Shown here piece after piece: positions 11,969-22,504 of a stretch of 36,148 bases of DNA. The DNA is from Reclinomonas americana ATCC 50394. Its lineage: Eukaryota. The stretch is from the NCBI GenBank assembly GCA_048213135.1, contig PS015290.1:52846-88993 (forward strand), in the 5' to 3' direction. Made by a program: the position numbers and the translations under genes. Below the pieces are notes generated by a model that worked only from the letters and a program-made list of their open reading frames with translations, did no database searches and had not been told where the DNA came from. The first letter of the stretch is position 1. Each line of letters begins with the position of its first letter.

Positions 11969-13067
11969 GCGAGCAAATGGCGAGAGAGGAGGCGGAGCTG
12001 AGATACAAGTAGAGAAGACAAGTGCATGGAAGAAGAAGACGTTCTCCCTCGCATCGCTGGTACGTCTTTCCGTTGCTTCGCAGCGAGATAGATACGGGAA
12101 GGGGAAGAGAGACAAACCGAGGAAAAAATAAGAGAGACTGGGAGAGAAACAGTTGCCATCAGCTGGCGGGACTGAGAAACAGGGAAAGAAGACAAGAGAG
12201 TGCAAGTGAAGTAGGGTTCCGTCCTTGTACTTCGTGAATCTTCTCTGCCTGCCAGCTGCTATTCTGTTCTATTGCAGCGAGACAGACGACGGAACAGAAT
12301 GAAGCAAGAGGAAAGAAACAGATGAGAGGGAAAGAGAGACTGAGAGAGAGAGAGAGGAGAATGTTACAGAGTGCGACTGGTGAAACGGAGAGTGAAGACC
12401 TGTGGCTTTGAGGAGAGAAGAGAAGAGAGCGCGATTGTACATAAGAGAAGCAGGATAGTATTTTTGCCACACCATCCCTTCCACTCCCGCTCACCTTCTC
12501 TTCCACCCCCTCCCCCTCCCAGTGGGCCTCCCCGTCCAATTCGTGGAGAGCCGCCCGAGCACCGTATTCTCGACGCAGAGCACCAGCCCGGCGGCCCTAG
12601 AGTCCCCCGCCAACAGCTGCTGCTTCGCCACGGCAGCGGCCGCCGACTGCATGCTCCCCCTGGTGACGCCACGCACGGCGGCCACACACAAGTCAGCGCA
12701 CGCCGCCATGGTGGCCTGGCTCGGTGTGCAGCTGGCCCCGCACGCGCCGTCGACAGTGCGCCTCACGCGGGAGTGCGAGCTGGTGGTGCAGTTCGACACC
12801 AGTCCCACGGTCGACGACGACGACGATGACGAGCGAGGAGAAGACGTGGAGCAACGCGTGACCATGTCGGCACGATTGTGGTCCTCCACGCTGCGCATGC
12901 TGCTCGACAATGGCGACTTTGCGGTCGCCACCGACCACAGCGGCGAGGAGCACGTGGTCAGCGTCACTGCGCGTGTGCCGTCTGCACGCGCGCTCGTCGA
13001 GTGGATCAACAGCGGGCGGCTGGAGAATGCACTCACGCAAGTGCGACGCGCCAATGGCTGGTGGTGA
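5959..13067 (+). CDS. Ankyrin-repeat + long coiled-coil protein, multi-exon, spanning several gaps
   Basis: ATG at 5959 (8-nt first exon, MTE|ARDTL...). Ankyrin motifs QTLLHLLARH and GLTPMHVAARYG are in exon 6041-6545. Phase-consistent GT-AG exons follow to 7566, then 8011-8104, 8937-9236, 10560-10715, 11131-11556 and the last exon 12523-13067. There is an apparent frameshift near 6243-6254. Joining across the gaps is inferred. Confidence 0.65.
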
Positions 13068-13115
13068 AAGAGGAGGAGGAGCGAAGGGGAGAGTAAAGTA
13101 GCGAACAAAATGTGG

Positions 13116-13336
13116 TCAGTCTTCAATGTTGATTTCGAAGCGCTCGTACATGGCCGCCGTGGTGACGCCCTCCAGTTCGGCGAGCTTTCCCAGGAGTGCT
13201 TGACCGGTGTCCTGGGCAGGGGGGAGAAGGAGGGAGGAACGGCGGAAGGGGGGATTAGAAGGAGAAGAGTGGGAGGGAGGGAGGGAGGACGGCACAAGCA
13301 GGAGCATGAAGATGGAAAGGCGAAAGAGGAGTGACG

Positions 13337-13397
<61 letters not shown>

Positions 13398-13903
13398 ATG
13401 AGAGAGAGAGAATGAGGGAGAGAGATGAGAGAGAGAGTAGAAGTAAGGGTGTGTGCGTGTGTTTGCGCGTGCGTGTTTGCGCGTGCGTGTGTGTGCGCGT
13501 TCGTGCACGTATGTATGTGAGTGCGTGTGTGTGCGCGTGTGTGCGTGCGGGTGGTGTGTGAGATGATTTTGAATGATGCCAAAAGTCTGTACGCGCGTAC
13601 GGAAACGCAGCGTCAGTTAACGCAAGTGCGTACACGCAGGATAACAGAGGAGCGAAGAGTGGTGACAAGGAGTGAGTGTCATGTCCACCACACACACACA
13701 CACGCCGTAGCGCAGCGTGTGCACATCATGCACAGTGTGTCTTCCCGATCGCCCATACCTGTTGGTGCGGCGAAGCCATCCTTCAGTCCGTGCAGAACAG
13801 TGACCGTGTGACAGGCAGCGTGTACAGAGCAGGGTATGCACGAGAGGGCGAAGAGAAACACCACCACCAACATCAACACGGAGGACCGAGCCAGAGGCGC
13901 CAT
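13116..13903 (-). CDS. Possible small secreted protein (exon structure unresolved)
   Basis: Signal-peptide-like start MAPLARSSVLMLVVVFLFALSCIPCSVHA at 13903. A plausible last exon cccag|DTGQALLGKLAELEGVTTAAMYERFEINIED* ends at 13116. The middle exons could not be joined with canonical sites. Confidence 0.35.
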
Positions 13904-13982
13904 CGGCCTACTCGCGATCGTCGACGTCTGGGAGAGGGTGCAGAGAGCGCCAACACCCCCATAATGCTCTGACATGAAGACA

Positions 13983-14019
<37 letters not shown>

Positions 14020-14127
14020 TTTGGAAAACTGTGAGGAAACACAAAACGCGCGCGAAAATGAACAAATTAAAAAACTCGATGGACTCGATGCGCATAATAC
14101 ACGACAAAATATAAACGCAGCCGCTAC

Positions 14128-14633
14128 TCCAAACAGCAACACAGCGGCATTATGATCACCATCCGGCCTGAGTGCCAGAAACCAAGACAGTTCGCAAACA
14201 GAACAAACAAAGTTTTGCTATCGCTAGCTGCGATGCATCAACAACATGTTCAACAACAACAAAAAATAACAACAACAACAACAACTTTACTATTCCAAAC
14301 AGCAACGCAGCTGCATGATGATCGCCATCTTGAGTGAGCACCAGAAACTCAGACATCACGGGAACACTGAGAGAAAGTCGAGATGGCTAATGCTGGCGTT
14401 TCTGCAAGAGAAACCACGGCTCGTGACAAGCATGGATTTGACGCCGAATTCCAATATATTACTTTCCTAATCCAAACAGCAACACAGCTGCATGATGATC
14501 ACCATCTTGAGTGAGCACCAGAAACTCAGACATCACGGAAACCCCCGAGAAAAAATCGAGATGGCTAATGCTGCTGGCGTCTCTGCAGGAGAAACCACGG
14601 CTCGTGACAAGGATGGATTTGACGCCGAATTCC
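14128..14633. repeat. 177-bp-period tandem duplication (14294-14453 and 14471-14633) plus a partial diverged copy (14128-14189)
   Basis: Near-identical tccaaacagcaac.cagctgcatgatgatc.ccatcttgagtgagcaccagaaactcagacatcacgg...ggatttgacgccgaattcca in the two full copies. Confidence 0.9.
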
Positions 14634-14981
14634 ACATAATAATAGAAACTTCACAACAACAATTCATTCACCAACAAACAAGCAACAGCTGTCTTGATNN
14701 NNNNNNNNNNNNNNNNNNNNNNNNNNNNNNNNNNNNNNNNNNNNNNNNNNNNNNNNNNNNNNNNNNNNNNNNNNNNNNNNNNNNNNNNNNNNNNNNNNNN
14801 NNNNNNNNNNNNNNNNNNNNNNNNNNNNNNNNNNNNNNNNNNNNNNNNNNNNNNNNNNNNNNNNNNNNNNNNNNNNNNNNNNNNNNNNNNNNNNNNNNNN
14901 NNNNNNNNNNNNNNNNNNNNNNNNNNNNNNNNNNNNNNNNNNNNNNNNNNNNNNNNNNNNNNNNNNNNNNNNNNNNNNNNN

Positions 14982-15012
<31 letters not shown>

Positions 15013-15966
15013 AGTGGAGAACATGAGTGAACAGATGGAAGAGCAGGAAGAGAACGAGAATTAAGAGTGGTGTGGGAGAGTGTGAGAGGAAGGAATGCGA
15101 CACATGAGTGACGTGAAAGAGGAGGAGGAGGAGGAGGACAAGAAGAAAGATCCTTGCATTGTCATCATCACATCATCAATCACACCTTCATCTCATTGTA
15201 CTTGTGTAGACGATCAATGTGCGCATCCACTCGGTGCTTGACATCAGCACTGTGAGGAGAGAGCAGAGAGAAGACAACACAAGTCACTTTTGACTTGAGA
15301 CTTTCTTTTCACAAAGCAACAGTCTGTGCGCGCAACAGTTGTGCCTCTGCTTGTCTGCACTCTTGATTGGAGAGGCGGATGGCCTCCATGAGTGAGGCGC
15401 AGTCGGTCATCGCTCTCTCGCGTGAGAAAAAAGCAGGGGTTTGTGAGGACAAACACGAACGTGACGTCATGGATTGAAACTTCAGCGGAATGCAATCACA
15501 GAGGCAGCACCGACTGTGCATGATGGTGTACGCGGTCTGGAAGCGGGCGAGCAGGGAGACGGGGGCGTAGCGATTTCCGATCGAATTACATAGATCCCGA
15601 TTTTGCAATTGAGGACTTCGATACATAGGTGCACGCGTATCCGTGCTGTGCGGTACCTGCTGTGCATCGTCTCCATTGCCGGCACGAATACAAAGTGCTC
15701 TACTAATAGGAGCATTAATATTGTGCAGCTCGCCTGCTTCATGGTGCCTATCCACGGCAACTGCGAAGACAAAACCGAACATGACGAAAAAATGACAGCT
15801 CCAACTCGCTTCCCTTTGCCACTGCTGCCTCTCTTATGCATCCCTCCACACAATGCACTCACCAACCTACGCAAGCCACGCCTTCACACACACACACACT
15901 CACACATTGCATTTGTCCTCCCACTTACCTCACCTTCCTTTTCGTTGTGTTGACAGAGACAAAGGC

Positions 15967-16346
15967 ATGTTCTTCTTGTCGCGCGCTTTCGTTGGCATCT
16001 CCATGGCCGCGGCCGCTGTGCCGGTCCTCGCTCTGCACGCTGATGCTCCGGCGTCGGCTGAGCAGACTTTCATTGGTGAGTGAGTGACACACACACACAT
16101 GACGAGACATGTCGCGCAAGAGAAAGAGAGAGAGCGATGAGGGTGAAGGAAGGAGAAGAAGAGTGCGTACTGTGTGCGTTTGTATGTGTGCGCATGAGTG
16201 AGTGAAAGTGAGTGAAAGTGAGTGAGTCGTGTGAATGCATGTGTGTTTGTGTCAGTGTCTGTGTGCGTGTGTGTGTGTGCGTGTGTGATTCTGTGTTTGC
16301 ATGCATGCGCATGCATCACTTGTAGGTCTGACTGTGACAACTTGTG

Positions 16347-16377
<31 letters not shown>

Positions 16378-17774
16378 AGTGAGAGATGAGTCGCTTGCAA
16401 CTCTGACTGCATTCTCTGTGCGTTCTTGTTTGCAGCTGTCAAGCCCGACGGTGTGAACCGTCAGCTTGTGGGCGAGATCATCAAGCGTTTCGAGGCCAAG
16501 GGTTACCGCCTGGCTGGTATATATACCCCACATGACACCCACCATGCTCTGTCATGGTGGCCGCCTTGTCTGACTTGCTGTGGCTTGGCGTAGGCTTGAA
16601 GCTTCTGCAGCCGTCGCAGCAGCTGACTGGAGAGCACTACATTGAGCATGCGGCGCGTCCGTTCTACCCTGGCTTGGTGCAGTACCTGGCGTCGGGACCG
16701 GTGGTGGCCATGGTGTGGGGTGCGTGCGTGAGGGAGGAGAGGGGAAAGGGGCAGAGATTGATGAGAAGGAACATGGGCAGGGAATGGCAGCTTGCAACGC
16801 CAAGCGAGAGAGAACAGGCAACTGTGGATGGATCAGGGAACGGGAGCTGGAAACGTCATGCAACTGCGTGCAGTGCACCACAGGGAAAGAACAGTGGTGG
16901 CTTGGAAACGAGACAGACGGACAGATCAGGGGATGAGAACTTGCTTGGGCGCAAAGAGAACAGGCGGTGCACTGAAGCGAGAGGGAGGAATGGAGAGAGA
17001 GAGAGGGAGGGAGGGAGAGAGGGAGAGGGAGAGGGAGAGAGAGAAGAGAAGAGAGAAGAGAAGAGAGAGAGAGAGCTCGATGAGAAGGAACAATCATGCT
17101 GATAAGGGGACTGGAACTAGAAACGCCATGCAACAGCGCTTCTGAAGGGAAGTAGGGAGAGAACAGCGCAGACTGGGGAACGAGACAGATGAATGGGTCT
17201 AGGAGAACACACAGTGGCGGGGAATTCAAACCGCATGTCGTATGGAGAACACGCAGTGCACCAAAGAGAAAGTACGCCAGTGCAAGAGAAAGAACGGCAC
17301 ATGCACCTGCAACCGTGCGGAGATAGGACATGGGAATGGCGCAGTGCTGACAGGGATTGTGAGCTTGTGGTTTTGAGACTGGCACCATTTTGTTGGGCCG
17401 TCGATGCAGACTGGCAGTGAGAGTATGTGGGGCAGAGACTCGCGTCGCCTCTTCTAAATCACGTTCTCGGTCTTCCCACAGAGGGCAAGGGGGTGGTGGC
17501 CTACAGCCGCAAGATGATTGGCCAGACCAACCCGCTGACCAGCGAGCCCGGCACGATCCGTGGCGACTTTGGTGAGTGGTTCTTCCCACTTTACTTCCCT
17601 CTTGGGTTTCTCTTGCCGCTCACCTCTTGTCTCGTCGCAGCCATTGATTTCAGCCGCAACGTCATCCACGGCTCGGACTCTGTGGAGAGCGCCCGCCGCG
17701 AGATCGCCCTGTGGTTCAAGCCGGAGGAGATTGTCTCGTACCCGCTGTCGCTCAAGCAGTGGCTGTACGAGTAA
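15967..17774 (+). CDS. NDK: Nucleoside diphosphate kinase (group I) with an N-terminal, probably mitochondrial, targeting extension
   Basis: Exons 15967-16075, 16436-16516, 16594-16719, 17482-17571 and 17641-17774 give [42 protein letters not shown] and the catalytic-His motif NVIHGSDS. Confidence 0.95.
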
Positions 17775-18501
17775 GCAGCAGGCTTCTGCTGCCGCTGTCG
17801 GTGAGCACAGAGAGAGTAACCGCATATGCCGCGAGGCAATCCTCTCTTGCTCCCGACAATCACTCGCCCAATGAACAACATGCTCCCAACGAAAATGTGG
17901 ATTGTGTATTGCGATCATCGAAATCGTCGCCCGCTCACTCTCCCGGAGGCGGGGACTTGAAACGGGCGGGCGACTCGGGCGTGATGCTCCGCATCGTGTC
18001 CCGCAGGCCGTAGCGAGCGGCGCTGTGGTTGGGGAAAGGAGTGAGACGGGAGTGGTAAAGGAAGTGTGGCAGACAAGCGCGTCGAATGGAAGGTTAAAAT
18101 GAGCGAGAGTCGAAAGAGAGAGAGAGAGAGAGAGCAGAGCGCATAGGAGAGAGAAGAAGCGATCACTCAAGCGGAAGGAAAGCCAAGCTGAATAATGAGC
18201 AAGACTCTAAAGCGTGAGAAAGAGAGCAGAACGAAACCACGTGCACAATACGAAGAAACTGAATGCCAAGGTGATCGACGAGTAAGAATTAAGAGTGAGA
18301 AAGAGAGCAGAACAACTTGTGCTCGGCAAAGCGATAGAATGGCAGATTGAACACTGCGCAAGCTCACAGTAAAAGAGACAGCCAGCGAGAGAGAGAACTC
18401 AATAAAACGATGCGAACACATCAAGCGGGCAAACTCCTAAAGAAGAGAAGAGAACGCAAAGCAGAACAATGAGTGCAAGACAAAGCAATAGTGCGGCAGG
18501 T

Positions 18502-19632
18502 TTAACGATGAACGGGCTCCCATAGCAAGTGAGTGCGAGCGCACGTGATAACAACAAGGCAGAATGCCAGGCAGCGGGAAACAGAATGCAAGACAACAAA
18601 GACAGACAACCAGAGACAAGACGGACGAGTGTTCAGCAACCTCCCCTTTCCACCACGCAACTCCAAGCTATCCGTCAACAAGCACGCAGGAATGACGTAA
18701 TCCCCATCGCCCAATCGATCCCCTCCACTCGACGACGGCGACTCGGGCAATGACGACGACGACGACGCGCCACCAGCCGCACCCTCCTCCGCAGCCGCCG
18801 AGCTCTTCTTCCTCAAAAACGACGGCACGAGCTTCTTGAAGGAGAACGTGGCCTTCTTCTCCTCCTCCGCCTCCACCAGCTGCTCGACGTGCGCCACCGA
18901 GTCGCGCACCTTGTGCACAAATGTCTCCAGTGTGTCCACCTGCGCGTACGAGGACTCCACAAAGGGCAGGGTGGCGGCGAGGTGTGGCAGGTGCTCGTTG
19001 AGGAGCTCGTCGTTGACTTGCTCGGTGGCGGTGATCTCGTTGAGGTGGTTGGCCACGCGGGTGAGCAGCAGTTCGATGCGGGAGATGGCGGCCTGGGAGA
19101 TGAGGGAGAGGGGAGGGAGAAGGGAAGAGAAGGGCGAGGGGAAGGGAGGGTGATGAGGGAAGAGAAGGGAGGGAAGGAAGAAGGGAGTGAGTGAGTGAGA
19201 GTGAGTGAGGGAGGGAGGGAGGGAGTGAGTGAGTGAGTGAGTGAATGAGTGAGTGAGTGAGTGAGTGAGTGAGTGAGTGAGTGAGTGAGTGAGTGAGTGA
19301 GTGAGTGAGTGAGTGAGAGAGAGAGTGAGTGAGTGAGGGAGTGAGTGAGTGAGTGAGTGAGTGAGTGAGTGAGTGAATGAGTGAGTGAGTGATTGAGTGA
19401 GTGAGTGAGTGAGTGAGTGAGTGAGTGAGTGAGTGAGTGAGTGAGTGAGTGAGTGAGTGAGTGAGCGAGTGAGCGAGTGAGAGAGAGAGTGAGAGAACGT
19501 GTGTGTGATTGTGTGTGAGTGAGCTCACACAACTGCTGCCTCTGCTGTGCGCGCTGCATGCAGGACGAAGGCGGCAAGCTCTTGTGCACCACGCTCAAGA
19601 GCGCCTGCTGGCAAGGGCTCCGGTTGCTGCAT
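18502..19632 (-). CDS. BLOC1S4: BLOC-1 subunit 4 (cappuccino)-like coiled-coil protein
   Basis: Exon 1 is about 19531-19632 and exon 2 starts at 19092. SYAQVDTLETFVHKVRDSVAHVEQLVEAEE...FKKLVPSFL resembles the cappuccino (F/Y)..ID.LE.FV..V...V...EE.V..AE pattern. The true 3' end is uncertain. Confidence 0.6.
19185..19495. repeat. Long (GAGT)n/(ACTC)n microsatellite in intron 1 of the BLOC1S4-like gene
   Basis: About 300 nt of nearly pure gagt tetramers. Confidence 0.95.
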
Positions 19633-19949
19633 TACTTCGTCGATGAGGATGAGTCCTGTGTGACCAGCGACGTTTGTGTGTTGTCTTCTTGTTGCGGGTA
19701 CACTCGTGGAGCGATTGTTTTGGAGGCAGGAGAGGTGCAGCGTAAGAGAAGGAAGGTCGAACTGAGACTGTTGCTTGCGAAGTGTTTACTTCGCGATCCC
19801 AAGGTCTTCTTCCGCAAACGAAAACAGTTTCATCGTAACTGGCTTGTCGAAGTGGAGAACGTAAACCTTATCGGGGGAATGCCCTTCGCCAGCAGTGACC
19901 ACTAGAAGGCATGTGATGAGCGCAGACAGCTGGGCTGAGAACTGCTTAC

Positions 19950-20670
19950 CTCATCAGCATAATCATGGCCGTGCCAACAGCTTGCTCGCCGACACCACAG
20001 GACCCTATGTGCAGACAATGTGAGATCACGAAGGGAAGAGCAGTGGGGCAGAGGCCAGCGAGTTGGCGGCCACGATCCACCACAACCACCACCACCACCA
20101 CTACTACGACAGCTTGCATGCTGTCGCCAGTCAGCTGACTCTCGGGCACACGCAGTCGACATGGTGGTGGAGTGAGATAAAGAGCAGTACAAGTGGGGTA
20201 GAGGCAAGCAAGTAAGAAACGATCTCTCGAGCTCCCACACCACCAGCCGCCGCCATCACCACAACAACCACAGCTTGCACGCGACCGCCGACAAGGTTGA
20301 CTCTGGTGCAGAGGTTGCCGACATGGAAGTTGTGTAAGGTGAGTCTAACTCATGATCACACAATCACAATACCATCACCACTTCCGCGCCGACAGCTTGC
20401 ACACCAACGCCAGCTGACAGATGCGAGCGCGTTGCTGTCACGGGTGACGAGTGAGATTGTGTAAGGTGAGCGCTGCGATGAAAACGCTCACCGCTTCTCT
20501 CACCGCCACCACCACTTCCAAGCCGACAGCTTGCACGCCTGTCACCTGACACTGGCGTGCATCTACAGGCTGCTGACACGGTGGTGTAGTGAGATTGCGA
20601 AAGTTGTTGACACACGCACGCTGGCCATCTCCCACCACCACCACCACCACCACCACCATTGCCTCGTCAC
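19950..20670. repeat. Degenerate tandem array of about five 120-160-bp units
   Basis: Anchor acagcttgc at 19977, 20109, 20270, 20392 and 20526. Most are preceded by (cca)n runs and followed by a gtgag(at) motif. Confidence 0.65.
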
Positions 20671-20842
20671 CGGCATGCACACTAGTCAGCACATTACTAC
20701 TCACACACACACTCTTGCGTCAAGTACCGCCCAGAGACGTCTCTCACTGCTGCGTGTTTCCTTCACTTCTCCTGCCTCGTCTGCGTCTCTTTCTCTTGAA
20801 CGTGTGGGGCAGGGGGGCGACACCACTCTACCAGTGTCAGCA

Positions 20843-21349
20843 CTACCAGCCGCCACGCGACTTGGGGTCTCCCGGCAGCCAGCCAGTGGGTGGTGGCTTG
20901 CTAAAGTCACCGTACGCATCCAGAAACTCGTCCGCAGGCATCCACTGCAGCGGAGACAGGAGCGACTGCAAGCGAGCATTCAGTTGCGCCTCGGTGCACG
21001 GTACACGCGTCTGCATCGAGTGATGATCCGAGTGCTCATGAATCAGCACCAACTCGGGCGGAATGGGCAAGTGCTGCGGAAGAATGTACACGCGCGGGTT
21101 CCCCTCGAAACGCGACAGAATGTCGACAAAATTGGGGCCCCACGGCCGCAACGACATGCCATTCGGCCGCACAAAAAAGTCGCCAACACTCGGGTGGATG
21201 AGCCCGTCCGCAGAGTCCATCACAAAGTCAAAGTTGCGGCTGTTCTTGGCTCGCTGGCGCGCAAACTCGCGCAAACTGACGGTGCCCGTGTTCTGGATGC
21301 GGTACAGCGTGAGGGGCAACTTGTCCACGAAGCGCACAAGTCGTGTCAT
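20843..21349 (-). CDS. Tse2-like ADP-ribosyltransferase toxin-domain protein (168 aa, intronless CDS)
   Basis: LPLTLYRIQN...V.LRE, DGLIHP, RPNGMSLRP, VY.LP....IP.ELVLIHEHSDHHSMQ and LNARL match my recollection of the eukaryotic ADPRTs_Tse2 family. A probable 57-nt GT-AG 5' UTR intron lies at 21361-21417. Confidence 0.7.
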   Translation of the reverse strand: MTRLVRFVDKLPLTLYRIQNTGTVSLREFARQRAKNSRNFDFVMDSADGLIHPSVGDFFVRPNGMSLRPWGPNFVDILSRFEGNPRVYILPQHLPIPPELVLIHEHSDHHSMQTRVPCTEAQLNARLQSLLSPLQWMPADEFLDAYGDFSKPPPTGWLPGDPKSRGGW

Positions 21350-21817
21350 CCCTTCCACGTCTGCGCAAGAGTGAGAAGTGGAGTGAAGACGAAGAAGGAG
21401 AAGCAATGAGCTCTCACCGCCAGCAGAAACGCAAGAAACGGAGGTGGGACAGACGTTCCAATGCCACAGCGTCGTTTTCGCTCGTCAGCCTCTCGACTGT
21501 TAACCTCGGCATCTCCTTGCCACTGAGCCTTGGAACTGCAGCAGGCTTCATTTCTCATTCATTGAGCGAGCTGAAATCCCTCCACAGCAGCACCGTCTTC
21601 CTCTCGGTGCATGCATATGCATGGGAAGCCCTCTGCACCACCCTCCTGATCTCCGCTGAGCATGCAGCAGCGAGATAGCTGATGTTGACCCTGTTTGGAC
21701 CATCTCTCTTGTTCTCACTGAAGCAGTGAGACCAATGCCATGCCATCCCTCTCTTGTAAGGAGAATGCAAAGTATCCACCTGTTCCTCTCTTTCTCTCTC
21801 TCTTCCTCGCTGTATCT

Positions 21818-21850
<33 letters not shown>

Positions 21851-22504
21851 NNNNNNNNNNNNNNNNNNNNNNNNNNNNNNNNNNNNNNNNNNNNNNNNNN
21901 NNNNNNNNNNNNNNNNNNNNNNNNNNNNNNNNNNNNNNNNNNNNNNNNNNNNNNNNNNNNNNNNNNNNNNNNNNNNNNNNNNNNNNNNNNNNNNNNNNNN
22001 NNNNNNNNNNNNNNNNNNNNNNNNNNNNNNNNNNNNNNNNNNNNNNNNNNNNNNNNNNNNNNNNNNNNNNNNNNNNNNNNNNNNNNNNNNNNNNNNNNNN
22101 NNNNNNNNNNNNNNNNNNNNNNNNNNNNNNNNNNNNNNNNNNNNNNNNNNNNNNNNNNNNNNNNNNNNNNNNNNNNNNNNNNNNNNNNNNNNNNNNNNNN
22201 NNNNNNNNNNNNNNNNNNNNNNNNNNNNNNNNNNNNNNNNNNNNNNNNNNNNNNNNNNNNNNNNNNNNNNNNNNNNNNNNNNNNNNNNNNNNNNNNNNNN
22301 NNNNNNNNNNNNNNNNNNNNNNNNNNNNNNNNNNNNNNNNNNNNNNNNNNNNNNNNNNNNNNNNNNNNNNNNNNNNNNNNNNNNNNNNNNNNNNNNNNNN
22401 NNNNNNNNNNNNNNNNNNNNNNNNNNNNNNNNNNNNNNNNNNNNNNNNNNNNNNNNNNNNNNNNNNNNNNNNNNNNNNNNNNNNNNNNNNNNNNNNNNNN
22501 NNNN

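Noticed and set aside
7993-12205. Very long ORFs (up to 1180 aa) in the ORF track
   Set aside because: They are artefacts of reading through N gaps and low-complexity tracts, mostly antisense to the real exons.
15309-15874. Overlapping ORFs upstream of NDK
   Set aside because: No recognisable motif and no consistent splice model.
18668-19598. ORFs with (HSLT)n repeats, also seen near 2400-2750 and 29450-30070
   Set aside because: They are translations of intronic (ACTC)n microsatellites.
19950-20670. CRISPR-like array
   Set aside because: The conserved anchor is only about 9-14 nt, the units are homologous along their length, the spacing is irregular, there are no cas genes, and the context is eukaryotic.
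21406-21730. Possible first exons of the CCDC162-like gene before the gap
   Set aside because: Splice-like signals are present, but phase and homology cannot be verified across the gap.
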